Numbered from the stretch's first letter, positions 10,627 to 22,751 are shown. The stretch: 64,000 nucleotides of DNA from Candidatus Sulfomarinibacteraceae bacterium (GCA_963733915.1 CAVTEP010000011.1:106388-170387); one strand, 5' to 3'. The notes: generated by a model from the sequence alone, not told the origin. Made by a program: numbers and translations.

Positions 10627-10740
10627 AAAAGGGGAAAAGGGGAAAAGGGGAACCGCGGAGAAATGGAGCGAGGGGAGCGAAGATGAAACGGGGAGGGTGG
10701 GTGGTCGCCTATTCTCCTTTTCACCTTTTCTCCTTTTCCA
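10627..10740. repeat. Inverted pair of 8-mer arrays (AAAAGGGG / CCTTTTCT-like)
   Basis: aaaaggggaaaaggggaaaagggg ... ttctccttttcaccttttctccttttcc. Confidence 0.7.
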
Positions 10741-12136
10741 GCCAACCCGTTTCGTCCACCTCTCCGTTTTCTTGAGGAGCGATTTCGCCGTACTCCTTGA
10801 GCTTGCGCTGGAGGGTGCGGAGACCGATCTCGAGGAGATCTGCGGCACGAGCACGATGCCCCCCCGTGTATTCCACGGTTCGCAGGATGTTTTCTTTTTC
10901 AATCTCGGCCATCGGTCGCGGCATCCACTCGGTCGACACTGCAGCCGACAGTGCGACACCCGGCGTTCGGTATTCGGGCGGAAGGTCCTCGAGACCGATC
11001 TCGTCGGCACTGGCAAAGAGCACCATCGACTCGATGAGGTTGCGAAGCTCGCGCACGTTGCCCGGCCAGGGCTGCCTCTTGAGGGCGGCAAGGACGGCCG
11101 AGTGAACACCCTTGACGTCACGCCCCAATTCGCGGTTGAAGAGCTCGAGAAAATGTTGCACGAAGAGCGGGACGTCCTCGCGACGCTCGCGGAGAGGCGG
11201 GATCTCGAGCGTCACCACCTTGAGCCGGTAATAGAGGTCCTGCCGGAAGCGGCCCTCCTCCACCCAGCGGCCGAGGTCGCGGTTGGTCGCCACGACGAGG
11301 CGGAAATCAACTGCAATCTGCGCCGCTCCACCGACCCGCATGACGTGGCGCTCTTCCAGTACCCGCAATAACTTCACCTGGAGGTCCGGCGAAAGCTCCG
11401 AGATTTCGTCGAGAAAGAGGGTGCCACCGGAGGCTCGCTCGATGAGCCCGATGCGGCGCTGGTGGGCCCCGGTAAACGCGCCTTTTTCGTGCCCGAAGAG
11501 CTCCGACTCGAGGATCTCGCCGGGAATGGCGCCACAGTTAATGGCCACGAACGGGCCCTCGGCGCGGGCCGAGTTCTGGTGGAGCGCGTTTGCAACCAAC
11601 TCTTTGCCGGTACCGGACTCACCGACTATCAACACCGTCGAGCGAGTTGGCGCCGCCACTCGCATCCGCTCGAGCAGCTTTTCCATGGCCGTGGAATGAC
11701 CGACGATACCCTCGAAACCGAAGCTTTTCTCGAGCCGCTGGCGGAGCCGCCGGTTTTCGTCCGACAACACCCGCCGTTCGAGCTGAAGTTGCACCCTCTG
11801 TCGCAGCTCCTGCATTTTCACGGGTTTGGTCAGGTAGTCGTCAGCCCCTTCCTGGAGGGCCGCAACCGCGTCCTCGACATCTGCGTAGGCGGTCACCAGG
11901 AGGAACGGCAGATTGGGGTGTTCGGACCGCACCGCGCGCAGGAACTGGTAGCCGTCCATGCCCGGCATGCGAACGTCGGAGACGATCGCGTCCACATGTT
12001 CTCCCTCGCGCAGCCGCGCGAGGGCCTCCTCGGCAGAGTCAAAGGAGCAGAGAGTATAGCCGACGCGCTCCAGGGTGCGAGTCATCGCATCCCGGGACCC
12101 GTCGTCATCGTCCACGAGAAAAATCACTGACGCCAT
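10721..12136 (-). CDS. NtrC-family sigma54-dependent response regulator
   Basis: Receiver (VDDD, SDVRMPG), GESGTGKE, ESELFGHEKGAFTGA, LFLDEI, WPGNVREL, Fis HTH. Confidence 0.95.
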   Translation of the reverse strand: MASVIFLVDDDDGSRDAMTRTLERVGYTLCSFDSAEEALARLREGEHVDAIVSDVRMPGMDGYQFLRAVRSEHPNLPFLLVTAYADVEDAVAALQEGADDYLTKPVKMQELRQRVQLQLERRVLSDENRRLRQRLEKSFGFEGIVGHSTAMEKLLERMRVAAPTRSTVLIVGESGTGKELVANALHQNSARAEGPFVAINCGAIPGEILESELFGHEKGAFTGAHQRRIGLIERASGGTLFLDEISELSPDLQVKLLRVLEERHVMRVGGAAQIAVDFRLVVATNRDLGRWVEEGRFRQDLYYRLKVVTLEIPPLRERREDVPLFVQHFLELFNRELGRDVKGVHSAVLAALKRQPWPGNVRELRNLIESMVLFASADEIGLEDLPPEYRTPGVALSAAVSTEWMPRPMAEIEKENILRTVEYTGGHRARAADLLEIGLRTLQRKLKEYGEIAPQENGEVDETGWLEKEKR

Positions 12137-12140
12137 CGAA

Positions 12141-14177
<2,037 letters not shown>

Positions 14178-15527
14178 TCACCGCCGTCTCCGTCGCGGAC
14201 GCCGCCGCGGTCTCGATGACGGGCGGTCCGCCGCCGCCGGACGAGGTCCGTCAGATCGCTGCTTCATGCCGGCTTTTTTCAACGCGCGTCCCCACCCCTG
14301 ATGGGCTTCGGGCGAGATATAGCCGAGAGCGGCCGCAATCCCGTACAGGTCCCACGCCACCTGGAAGTAGTCCTGACGGGCCAGCTTGAGGATCTGGCGG
14401 CCGCGATCCGGCGGGCGCCGCATCTTGGTCAGCGCGAAGAGGCCCTGATGCATGAGGTGCAGGGTCTGATTCGACAGGTGCATGCTCGCCGCGGCGGCCT
14501 CGAGGGACTCACGCAGGCGAGCCAGAAGCTGAGCGTTGTCGACCCGGCCCGTCTCCGACGAGGTTTCGTCCTCGGCGATGGTCAGGAATCGGGGAAGGAA
14601 ATAGCTCCCGAGCAGGCTCGGATCCGACAGCTCCCGACCGTCATTGACGGCCGCATCGACGAGCTCGAGCACCTGCATGCTCTCGTCCGTATCGATCGGG
14701 AGGTCCGGAAAAGCGCGCGTAAACACTCCCGCCCGCCGCCATGCTTCGTGGATTCTGGCGGCCTTGCCGGAGCGCAGGGACTCCAGCAGCTCGTAGGTCA
14801 AACGCGGCGATGAGGCCCCCGCGATGAGATCCTGCTGACGCGTAATCGCCTCGACAGTGCCGTCATCGATGTCGAATCCAAGGCGGGCTCCATACTCGAG
14901 CGCCCTCATCATTCGGACCGGGTCTTCGATGAAGCGCTGATTCGGATCTCCGATCGTCCGAATGAGCCCCCGCTCGAGGTCGTCGATGCCGCCGACGTGG
15001 TCGATGATGGAAAAGTCGGCGATGTTGTAGAAGAGGGCGTTGACGGTGAAATCACGACGGCGCGCATCCTCGGCGGGTGTACCAAAGACGACTTCCTCAG
15101 GCGGCGGATGGGGACGGTCGGTGGTTGCATCCTCCTCGGCCTGCTCGGCGGCACCCTCCTCCCAATCGTCGGGAGTTTCCGGCGGCTCCGGGCTGGCACG
15201 AAATGTCGCGACCTCGACGACGCTGCCGCGAAAAAAAACGTGCACCAGCCGGAACCGCCGCCCGATGATGCGCGAGTTGCGGAACAACCGGCGGACTTCC
15301 TGCGGGCGAGCGTTGGTCGCGACATCAAAGTCCTTGGGACGATTACCGAGGAGCAGGTCGCGGACGCTGCCGCCGACCAGATGCGCTGTGTATCCTGAAC
15401 GGTGCAAGCGATAAAGGACCTTGAGTGCCTCCGGGTTGATGTTCTGCCGAGACAGCCGGTGCTGTGAACGGGTCAGGACCCTCGGGGCAGGGATCTCTTG
15501 ATGTGGCGTACCCATGGCTTCGATCAT
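14178..15527 (-). CDS. pcnB: Poly(A) polymerase I (PcnB-like); start uncertain
   Basis: VGGSVRDLLLG..PKDFDVAT, IIGRRFRLVHV (PAP signature), RRDFTVNALFY, EDPVRMMRA, Arg-rich tail. Confidence 0.9.
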   Translation of the reverse strand: MIEAMGTPHQEIPAPRVLTRSQHRLSRQNINPEALKVLYRLHRSGYTAHLVGGSVRDLLLGNRPKDFDVATNARPQEVRRLFRNSRIIGRRFRLVHVFFRGSVVEVATFRASPEPPETPDDWEEGAAEQAEEDATTDRPHPPPEEVVFGTPAEDARRRDFTVNALFYNIADFSIIDHVGGIDDLERGLIRTIGDPNQRFIEDPVRMMRALEYGARLGFDIDDGTVEAITRQQDLIAGASSPRLTYELLESLRSGKAARIHEAWRRAGVFTRAFPDLPIDTDESMQVLELVDAAVNDGRELSDPSLLGSYFLPRFLTIAEDETSSETGRVDNAQLLARLRESLEAAAASMHLSNQTLHLMHQGLFALTKMRRPPDRGRQILKLARQDYFQVAWDLYGIAAALGYISPEAHQGWGRALKKAGMKQRSDGPRPAAADRPSSRPRRRPRRRRR

Positions 15528-15602
15528 TCGTTCTGACCCCGTGCCGTTTTCGATATGTCGAATCGGGGGATGCGGGCCGGTCGGCGGCAATTCGCGATCG
15601 AC

Positions 15603-16634
15603 TCAGCCATCGATGGACAGCACGATCTTACCAAATTGCTCCGCCCGCTCTATGAGTGCATAGGCCGACCGGCCCTCGGCCAGAGGATGCACCGAGTCGA
15701 CTACCGGTTGCAGCTCGTGCTCGGCGACGACCGCTGTCATCCGCCGCCAATCCTCGCGTGACCCCATGGTGGAACCGATGATCGTCAGTTGGTTCCAGAA
15801 GATCAGCCGGATTTCCTCGGCCGGGTTGGGCCCGGAGGTGGCGCCGCAGGTGACGATACGCCCACCCTTTGCGGCCGCCTTCAACGATTGCATCCAGGTC
15901 GCGGCGCCGACCGAGTCGACCACGACGTCGGCGCCACGTTTGGCGGTCAATCCGCGCACCCCGCGAGCAACCTGGTCGTCCGCCGGCAGGGCCTCGTCCG
16001 CACCGAGATCGATCGCGCGACGGAGCTTTTCTTCGGCCCGCGATGTGACGATGACGCGCGCGCCCGCGAGCTTGGCGAGCTGCAGACAGGCGAGCGACAC
16101 GCCGCCGCCGATGCCGTGAATGAGCACCGTCTCACCGGGCCGCAGGCCGCCCCGATTGATGAGCATGCGCCACGCGGTCAGATGCGCGAGGCCAAGGGCA
16201 GCCGACTCTTCAAACGAAAGGTGCTTCGGACGCGGCGCCAGCGAGCCTGACGACACCACGACGGCTTCGGCAAAGGCGCCGTCCGAGTGCTCACCAAGAA
16301 CTCCGAAACCAACGCAGAGGCTCTGTTCTCCCTTGAGGCAGAACTCACAGCGGCCGCACGACAACCCCGGGTCGAAAACGACCTCGGCTCCGGGCTCGAC
16401 CCCCTCGACGCCCGGGCCTACCGCATCGACGACTCCCGCGCCGTCGGCGCCGCCGATGTGGGGCAGCCCGATGGGGATGCCTGGCATCCCGGCGAGAACG
16501 AACAGATCGAGATGGTTGAGGGCTGCGGCCTTGAGCCGTACCCGGACCTCGCCGGCTCCCGGCTCGGGCATGGGGCGTTCACCGAAGATCAGATTGTCAA
16601 GTCCGCCGTGCTCCTCGAAGTACAGGGCCTTCAC
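15603..16634 (-). CDS. Zinc-binding alcohol dehydrogenase/quinone-reductase (MDR) family
   Basis: NHLD, CGRCEFC..G..SLC structural zinc site, HGIGGGVS, FGKIVL. Confidence 0.9.
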   Translation of the reverse strand: MKALYFEEHGGLDNLIFGERPMPEPGAGEVRVRLKAAALNHLDLFVLAGMPGIPIGLPHIGGADGAGVVDAVGPGVEGVEPGAEVVFDPGLSCGRCEFCLKGEQSLCVGFGVLGEHSDGAFAEAVVVSSGSLAPRPKHLSFEESAALGLAHLTAWRMLINRGGLRPGETVLIHGIGGGVSLACLQLAKLAGARVIVTSRAEEKLRRAIDLGADEALPADDQVARGVRGLTAKRGADVVVDSVGAATWMQSLKAAAKGGRIVTCGATSGPNPAEEIRLIFWNQLTIIGSTMGSREDWRRMTAVVAEHELQPVVDSVHPLAEGRSAYALIERAEQFGKIVLSIDG

Positions 16635-16740
16635 CGACACCTCCCGTGTGGCGGTATTGTAGCCCCGCAATTCCTCCAGCCGCCATCAGGTCCGCATATC
16701 TCAGCAGTTTCCTGCTGCGGCTGGAGGAATTGCAGAGACA

Positions 16741-16766
16741 CGAAACCCCGCCGAGGCGGGGTTTCG
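16741..16766. terminator. Probable intrinsic terminator downstream of the Ig-repeat gene
   Basis: Perfect stem CGAAACCCCGCC-GA-GGCGGGGTTTCG. Confidence 0.7.
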
Positions 16767-16790
16767 CAGTTCCACGGGAAAAGTCCCCGA

Positions 16791-18455
16791 TCAGGGACCC
16801 ATAGGCGGATGCTGGTTGTCGAGAACGAAGCGCCGCTCACCGATGATGCTGCGCCCGTCGCGGTTGTCCTGGGTCCACACCACGAGGCTGTGCTCGCCGT
16901 CGGCGAGGTTTGCGGCGACCGTGTCGAGCTCGTACTCGAAGCCTGCGAAGTTCGTGGGGAACGGCGGCATCCAGGGATACATCGCGCCCAGACCCGGCGT
17001 TGCCAGGCCGTGGACGGCGTCACCGATGTATACGCCATCGACCCAGATCTCGACCTGATCGAAGGCCCGGGTGTCGATGGCGAAGCCGGTGACCTCGACC
17101 GTTCCCGCCACCACCTCCATGGCTGTCGGGGTCCAGATATCGCCCCAAGAGGGATCGTCTCCGTCGTCGTTGCAGTCAAAAATCACCGGCACCTGGGCGA
17201 TATCGGTAACGTTGTTCTCGCGGTCACCCGCCCGGACCTTGAGCAGGTGCAGACCCTCGCTGTAGCCGCGGGCCAGGATCAAATAGTTGATGTCCAGCAG
17301 GAACGAGAAACCGCTGTGCTTCGAGACCGGCACATCGACATACAGGTTGTGGATGTCCATCCGGGCGTGACCCAGATAGTTGAAATCGTAATCCGCCGGC
17401 GACCAATAGAAGCTGCCCTCGTTGGTGTCCGAAATGATGTTGCCATCGAGCAGGAGCTGGACATAGGAAACGCCGCCGAGATCGGTGCGCGAACCGACGT
17501 CGAGCGCCCACCCGATGACCATCTCCACGTTGTCCGGATCGTCGTAGACATCACCCGACCACGGAGGCAGGACGCCGTTGACCGGTTCACAGCCGTCGGC
17601 AAACATGACGTGGTTGTCCACCGGCCAATCGATCGCGCCGAAGGGCGGCAAATTGGAACCGGTGTTGAAAGTCTGGACGAAACGGCGGCCGATCACCCGC
17701 GATGCTCCCTCGTTGTCAACCACCCGCACGGCCAGAACATGGATGCCGTTGTTGAGTACGGTGGTGTTGAGCATGCGGACGAAACCGGCATACTCCGCAT
17801 CGGGATCACTCGGAAAACGATGCGCGATGTCAGGCCGATGAACCCCGGTGACCGCATTGCCCATCGCCAGTCCGTCGACCATGATCTCGACATAGGCGAC
17901 GTCCTCGTCGTCGAGAGCCCATCCCGTGACCGGGAAGACCCCGTTCATCGGCTGATTGGAACCCGGGAGCTCGAGCTCTCCAAACGGCGCCTGGTTGAGG
18001 TCGTTATTGATGTTCACGGAACGAAGCCCGTATTCGGCGGTCGACGAATCACTGAAGGTGACCAGCACGTAGAGGGTGTGAGACCCGTCGGAGTAGTCCC
18101 GCGAGTCAAAGGAGGTTGCAAACCCGGGACGCCCATACGGAGTGCCCGCATACCACGGATAGGCCTGGAGGACGTCGTACCGGGGCTGGTCCAAATCGGC
18201 CGTTGCGACGAACTCGTCGTCGACGTAAAGATCGATTTTGCTGACCAAAGCGTCGGCCCATTGACAGGACTGCCACGTCCACTGTGGGCCGCACTGCTCG
18301 CCGTTATCAACGACGAAACCGGTGACCTCCACAAGACCGAAAACCGTCGCACCATCGGCCGGCGTATCGAGCCAGAAAATGGTCTCGGCAACGGCGCTTA
18401 TCGGCAACAGTAGAGTCAGCAGTACAACCGCTCCGACGGTTCCTTTGTAACGCAT
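16791..18455 (-). CDS. Secreted protein with about four bacterial Ig-like repeats
   Basis: Signal peptide; repeated V.GW/FA.D...V..V.I.VDG...R.D...GF...D.....G.H.L.V modules; GGAGG RBS. Confidence 0.8.
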   Translation of the reverse strand: MRYKGTVGAVVLLTLLLPISAVAETIFWLDTPADGATVFGLVEVTGFVVDNGEQCGPQWTWQSCQWADALVSKIDLYVDDEFVATADLDQPRYDVLQAYPWYAGTPYGRPGFATSFDSRDYSDGSHTLYVLVTFSDSSTAEYGLRSVNINNDLNQAPFGELELPGSNQPMNGVFPVTGWALDDEDVAYVEIMVDGLAMGNAVTGVHRPDIAHRFPSDPDAEYAGFVRMLNTTVLNNGIHVLAVRVVDNEGASRVIGRRFVQTFNTGSNLPPFGAIDWPVDNHVMFADGCEPVNGVLPPWSGDVYDDPDNVEMVIGWALDVGSRTDLGGVSYVQLLLDGNIISDTNEGSFYWSPADYDFNYLGHARMDIHNLYVDVPVSKHSGFSFLLDINYLILARGYSEGLHLLKVRAGDRENNVTDIAQVPVIFDCNDDGDDPSWGDIWTPTAMEVVAGTVEVTGFAIDTRAFDQVEIWVDGVYIGDAVHGLATPGLGAMYPWMPPFPTNFAGFEYELDTVAANLADGEHSLVVWTQDNRDGRSIIGERRFVLDNQHPPMGP

Positions 18456-18648
18456 TGCGTGTCCTCCTCTGGACCGAAGTTCCGGGCAGGTAATCTACGA
18501 ACGTAATAATGATATACCAAGGCATATCGACGGTCAAATAAAAGATGGAAAATGAAGGAGTTTCGGCCCACAACTGCAATAAAATCGGGCTTTGATCGCG
18601 TCGTCTAGGTGACGTAGATCACCTCGAGCTTCGACAAATCCGCGTGGA

Positions 18649-19629
18649 TTATTCCTTCGACCTTTTGGCCAATTCCTCGACGTGAATACGAGCGGATTGT
18701 GCCAACGCTTCGAGATTGAATCCACCCTCGAGAAAGGACAACACGCGACCGCTGGACCACATCGAAGCGGCACCGACAACTGCGGCTGTGAGCCTCCCGA
18801 AACCCGATGTGGTCACCGACATTCCCCCCATCGGATCGTCACGGTGGGCGTCGAATCCCGCCGACACCAGAATCGCGGCCGGCTGCAGCCGACCGCAAAC
18901 CTCGTCCAAGGCATCAGCGAACGCGGTGCAAAAAACAGCGTCGTCCGCCCCACCCGCGAGCGGCAGGTTTCGGGTCGCTCCGCGACCCTCCCCGTCCCCG
19001 ACTTCGTCCGCACCACCGGTGCCGGGAAACGCCGGGTAGCGATGAACCGACACGAATCCGACGTCGCCGCGGGAGTAGAAATGCCGTTGGGTAGCATCGC
19101 CGTGAAAGGCGCCGAAGTCCGCAATAACGACCGGACGCCCCCAGCTGCGAACGACGACCTCCGCCGCCAGCGCCACCGAGTTGAAGAAGCAGTAGCCGGA
19201 GGCACGGTCGCGTCCAGCGTGGTGCGCCGGCGGACGGGCGACCACGAAAGCACGATCGAGACGACGGTTGACGAGGTCGAGGGACGCCTGCAGGGCGAGT
19301 CCGGCGGCGGCGACAGATGCTGCAAAGGTGCCGGAGGAGACACCGCAATCCTGTGAGTCGAGCCAACCGCTGCCTCGTTCCGACGCTTCGCGGACACGGG
19401 CGATATGGGCCGAGTCGTGAATCCATGCGAGGGCGCCGATGGTGTCCTCCTCGCGGGGGAGCGGACTCTCGGAATCGACAACCCATCGTCCTTCGGCGCG
19501 GGCCGACAGCGCGTCAAGCACCACCTTGACCCTCTCGGCAGTGTCCGGGTGTCCGAGCCCCGGCCGGTGGTCCAAGCACAGCGGATGCGACCTCACACTC
19601 ACGAGGTGATGACCAACTGAAGACTCCAC
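18649..19629 (-). CDS. Histone deacetylase-family protein with an altered active site
   Basis: HP..AER, RPPAHHA, GYCFFN, SAGFDAH.DDP, LEGGF. Confidence 0.9.
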   Translation of the reverse strand: MESSVGHHLVSVRSHPLCLDHRPGLGHPDTAERVKVVLDALSARAEGRWVVDSESPLPREEDTIGALAWIHDSAHIARVREASERGSGWLDSQDCGVSSGTFAASVAAAGLALQASLDLVNRRLDRAFVVARPPAHHAGRDRASGYCFFNSVALAAEVVVRSWGRPVVIADFGAFHGDATQRHFYSRGDVGFVSVHRYPAFPGTGGADEVGDGEGRGATRNLPLAGGADDAVFCTAFADALDEVCGRLQPAAILVSAGFDAHRDDPMGGMSVTTSGFGRLTAAVVGAASMWSSGRVLSFLEGGFNLEALAQSARIHVEELAKRSKE

Positions 19630-19656
19630 GAGAGGATCATAGCGAACTGGGCCGAC

Positions 19657-19693
19657 AACGTTTCAACGTTCTAACGTTCAAACGTTCAAACGT
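19657..19693. repeat. AACGTT-core 8-mer tandem array
   Basis: aacgtttcaacgttctaacgttcaaacgttcaaacgt. Confidence 0.85.
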
Positions 19694-19735
19694 AGACCGT
19701 TGTGAACGCCGTGACATGCAGCTACCCTAGGGCCC

Positions 19736-20764
19736 ATGGCGAATCGTGGCATCCGCATCGGTGTCTCTCTGCTGCTCATGGTCGTGCTGCTGGCGGTGTT
19801 CCTGTGGAACGTGAATTTTCAGGAAGTCGCACAGTCGCTCGCGGGAGCGGATTCCATCATGCTGCTGGCGGCCTGCATTGTGGCGCTGCTCGCCTATTTG
19901 ATGCGCGCTCTCCGCTGGCAGTTCATTCTCCGTCCGGTCGCCCGCGTCCGGTATTCGAGCGTGTTTCTCACCACCGCGGTCGGTTATGCCGCGCTTTCGC
20001 TCCTGCCCGCGCGCATGGGCGATCTCATCCGACCGGTCCTTCTCGCGCGGCGGGAGAAGTTCCCGGTCTCGGCGAGCCTCGCTTCGATCCTCACCGAACG
20101 GGTGTTCGATCTCTGGACCGTCGTGTTCTTTTTCCTCATATTCATCATCTGGCCGCCCTTTATGCCCGAGCTCGGCGAGCAGGCCCGGCGCAGCCTCGAG
20201 GTGCTCTCTCTCAGCGGCTACGTGGCCGGCGCTGGGCTCCTGGTGGGCACACTTATCCTGCTCGGGCTGTTCCGCTACCAGGAACGCTTCGTCGACCTCC
20301 TCGCACGACCGTTGACCTGGGTCAGATCATCCTGGCGTCAGCCGGCGATCAACTTCTTCAACCACTTCCTCGACGGCCTGCGCGTGCTCCAACGCCCGCG
20401 CGATCTCCTGGTCACGATGGTCGCTTCGATTGCGATGTGGTACGTCATTTGTTGGCAGGTGCGTTTCACCTTGCTCGCCTTCGACATCGACCTTCCGTTG
20501 CGGGCGGCGTATCTGATCGTTACCCTGGCTGTGATCGGCCTTGCGGTTCCCACACCCGGCGGTGTTGGCGGCTTTCACAAGGCGACTCAAGTCGGGATGA
20601 CGCTCTTCTTCGGCATCGGCCTCAATCAGGCGACTGGAATTGCGATCGCCTATCACGCGATCTGTTTCGTACCGATTACCATCATCGGCCTTCTGTGTCT
20701 GCCGTTCCTGGGCGTCAACCTGCACGATGTCGACGCGGTGTCGAGCGAGGCGATCGACAGTTGA
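19736..20764 (+). CDS. Lysylphosphatidylglycerol-synthase-TM/UPF0104 flippase-like membrane protein
   Basis: RALRW, LPARMGD..R, ERVFD and PTPGGVG motifs; multiple TM helices. Confidence 0.85.
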   Translation: MANRGIRIGVSLLLMVVLLAVFLWNVNFQEVAQSLAGADSIMLLAACIVALLAYLMRALRWQFILRPVARVRYSSVFLTTAVGYAALSLLPARMGDLIRPVLLARREKFPVSASLASILTERVFDLWTVVFFFLIFIIWPPFMPELGEQARRSLEVLSLSGYVAGAGLLVGTLILLGLFRYQERFVDLLARPLTWVRSSWRQPAINFFNHFLDGLRVLQRPRDLLVTMVASIAMWYVICWQVRFTLLAFDIDLPLRAAYLIVTLAVIGLAVPTPGGVGGFHKATQVGMTLFFGIGLNQATGIAIAYHAICFVPITIIGLLCLPFLGVNLHDVDAVSSEAIDS

Positions 20765-21231
20765 ACTGTCCTTTCTGCAGCCACGCCGACAATCGCGTCG
20801 TCGACTCGCGCGACGTCCGCTCGGGTTCCGAGGTCCGTCGTCGCCGCGAGTGCGGTGGATGCGGGCGCCGGTTCACCACCTACGAACGGGTCGACGAGTT
20901 GCCGGCGACGGTGGTCAAGCGGGATGGTCGACGGGAGAACTTCGACCGCGAAAAGCTCCTCAACGGCCTCCTCCGGGCGTGCGAAAAGCTGCCGGTTCCG
21001 CGGATCGAGCTGGTCGGCATTGTCGACGCCGTGGAATCGATGCTGGCGGCGCGCGAGGTGCGTGAGATGTCGACCGAGGAGATCGGCAACATGGTCATCG
21101 AGGAGCTGCGGCGTCTCGATCAGGTAGCGTACGTCCGATTCGCCAGCGTTTACCGCCGCTTCGAGGACATCAACCAATTCATGGATGAGCTCAAGGGTCT
21201 GCTGATGAAAAAGCCGCGCCAGAACGGCTGA
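20761..21231 (+). CDS. nrdR: Transcriptional repressor NrdR
   Basis: TTG start overlapping the upstream TGA; CPFC..VVDSR, RRRREC..CGRRFTTYE, ATP cone, AYVRFASVY. Confidence 0.97.
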   Translation: MNCPFCSHADNRVVDSRDVRSGSEVRRRRECGGCGRRFTTYERVDELPATVVKRDGRRENFDREKLLNGLLRACEKLPVPRIELVGIVDAVESMLAAREVREMSTEEIGNMVIEELRRLDQVAYVRFASVYRRFEDINQFMDELKGLLMKKPRQNG

Positions 21232-21339
21232 GAGCGAAGACACCGTCCCATCGCTCATCTTGGCTGTGAGCCATGGGCTACGAGCCGGGCCTCCTACAAG
21301 ACATCGGAGGTCGATGTCGACTCGCGGTTTTTTATGAAT

Positions 21340-21430
21340 CGCGACCACAAAGACACGAAGCCACGAAGGATTTCACCAAGATGATTTCCTTTGTGTTTTT
21401 CTTTGTGTCTTTGTGGCTTTGTGGTTGCGA
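21340..21430. repeat. Inverted pair of 8-mer arrays (CACAAAGA / TCTTTGTG)
   Basis: cgcgaccacaaagacacgaagccacgaagg ... ctttgtgtctttgtggctttgtggttgcg. Confidence 0.75.
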
Positions 21431-21449
21431 CGTCTCCGGCCCAACTCGA

Positions 21450-21635
21450 GCTAGCCCGCATTTCTCACCGGGTTTCGTCGCGAGGACGGCGAGGCGCCGT
21501 GCCCAGTGGGGTTTTCGACTCGAGGGGCGCGGAGACGTACTCAGCAGTACGTTGAGCACCCCGAGCGGAGAAAGCACCGCTGGGTGCGATGCATCGCCGG
21601 CCGCAGCAGAAAGCTGGTGAGATATGCGGGCTAGC
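21450..21635. mobile_element. MITE/REP-like element with about 20-bp terminal inverted repeats and CTAG ends
   Basis: Left GCTAGCCCGCATTTCTCACC versus right GGTGAGATATGCGGGCTAGC (19/20 complementary); non-coding, internally palindromic. Confidence 0.65.
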
Positions 21636-21750
21636 ATACGTCCGGCCGCCGACGCCGGCATGAGAGAGGACGGAAGATCCCGCAACTCGAACCCGCCCGG
21701 GGGAGGATGGGTGGCCCCACAGCCCACCTGGAGGGGCGGGCCTGCTCGGT

Positions 21751-22686
21751 TCAGCGGGCGAAGTAGGCGATCGTCTCTTTGAGACCGTCGGCGAGCAGCA
21801 CCTGAGGTTCCCAGTCCAGGACTTCGCGGGCAAGCGAGATATCGGGCTGCCGCACCTTCGGATCGTCCTCCGGCAATGGTTCAAAGACGATTTGGGAGGT
21901 GGAGCCGGTGATGCGGATGATTTCGCGCGCGAACTCGAGCACCGTCATTTCGGCCGGGTTGCCGATGTTCATGGGATCGGTGTAACCCGAGTTGAGCAGC
22001 CGCCAGATGCCTTCGATGAGATCGTTGACAAAGCAAAACGAACGCGTCTGCGAACCGTCGCCAAATGCGGTCAACGGCTCGCCCGCCAGTGCTTGGCAGA
22101 TGAAGGTCGGCACCACCCGGCCGTCGCCCGCCCGCATCCGCGGCCCGTATGTGTTGAATATGCGGACGATGCGGGTGTCGACACCGTGGTGTCGATGGTA
22201 GGCCATGGTGATCGCTTCGGCAAACCGTTTGGCCTCGTCGTAAACCCCGCGCGGACCAACCGGGTTGACGTTGCCCCAGTAGTTCTCCGGCTGCGGGTGG
22301 ACGAGCGGATCACCGTAGGTCTCCGACGTCGAGGCGAGCAGAAAACGTGCCCCTTTCGACTTGGCCAGACCGAGAGCCTTGTGGGTTCCCAGCGAACCGA
22401 CCTTGAGTGTCTGGATGGGGAGCTTGAGGTAATCGATGGGCGACGCCGGTGAGGCAAAGTGGAGAATGTAGTCGAGCTCACCGGCGACGTGGATGAAGTT
22501 GGTGACGTCGTGGTGGACGAAAAAGAAACCGTCACGGCCGAAAAAATTCTCGATATTGTCGAGCGAGCCGGTGATCAGATTGTCCATACACACAACCTCG
22601 AGGCCCTCGTCGAGCAGTCGCCCGCACAGATGGGACCCGAGAAAACCCGCGCCACCGGTCACCAGCGCCCGTTTCCGATCAGCCAT
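21751..22686 (-). CDS. UDP-glucuronate decarboxylase-like extended SDR
   Basis: [53 protein letters not shown]. Confidence 0.93.
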   Translation of the reverse strand: MADRKRALVTGGAGFLGSHLCGRLLDEGLEVVCMDNLITGSLDNIENFFGRDGFFFVHHDVTNFIHVAGELDYILHFASPASPIDYLKLPIQTLKVGSLGTHKALGLAKSKGARFLLASTSETYGDPLVHPQPENYWGNVNPVGPRGVYDEAKRFAEAITMAYHRHHGVDTRIVRIFNTYGPRMRAGDGRVVPTFICQALAGEPLTAFGDGSQTRSFCFVNDLIEGIWRLLNSGYTDPMNIGNPAEMTVLEFAREIIRITGSTSQIVFEPLPEDDPKVRQPDISLAREVLDWEPQVLLADGLKETIAYFAR

Positions 22687-22751
22687 CTCACCTCCGTCCT
22701 GGGAATCCAGTATAGCCTCAGGTTGCAAAGGAGCAGAAAGGTCACAAGCAT

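Noticed and set aside
16287..18413. 708-aa plus-strand ORF
   Set aside because: Antisense shadow of two genuine minus-strand genes; no recognisable motifs
19702..20760. 509-aa ORF suggesting an N-terminally extended NrdR
   Set aside because: The extension overlaps the membrane-protein gene in another frame; NrdR starts at TTG 20761
21450..21635. tRNA, SRP, 6S or riboswitch assignment
   Set aside because: No recognisable conserved motifs; terminal inverted repeats fit a repeat element better, though Rfam was not run
21332..21727. ORFs in the nrdR-SDR spacer
   Set aside because: They translate the repeat and MITE-like sequences; no RBS or protein-like signal
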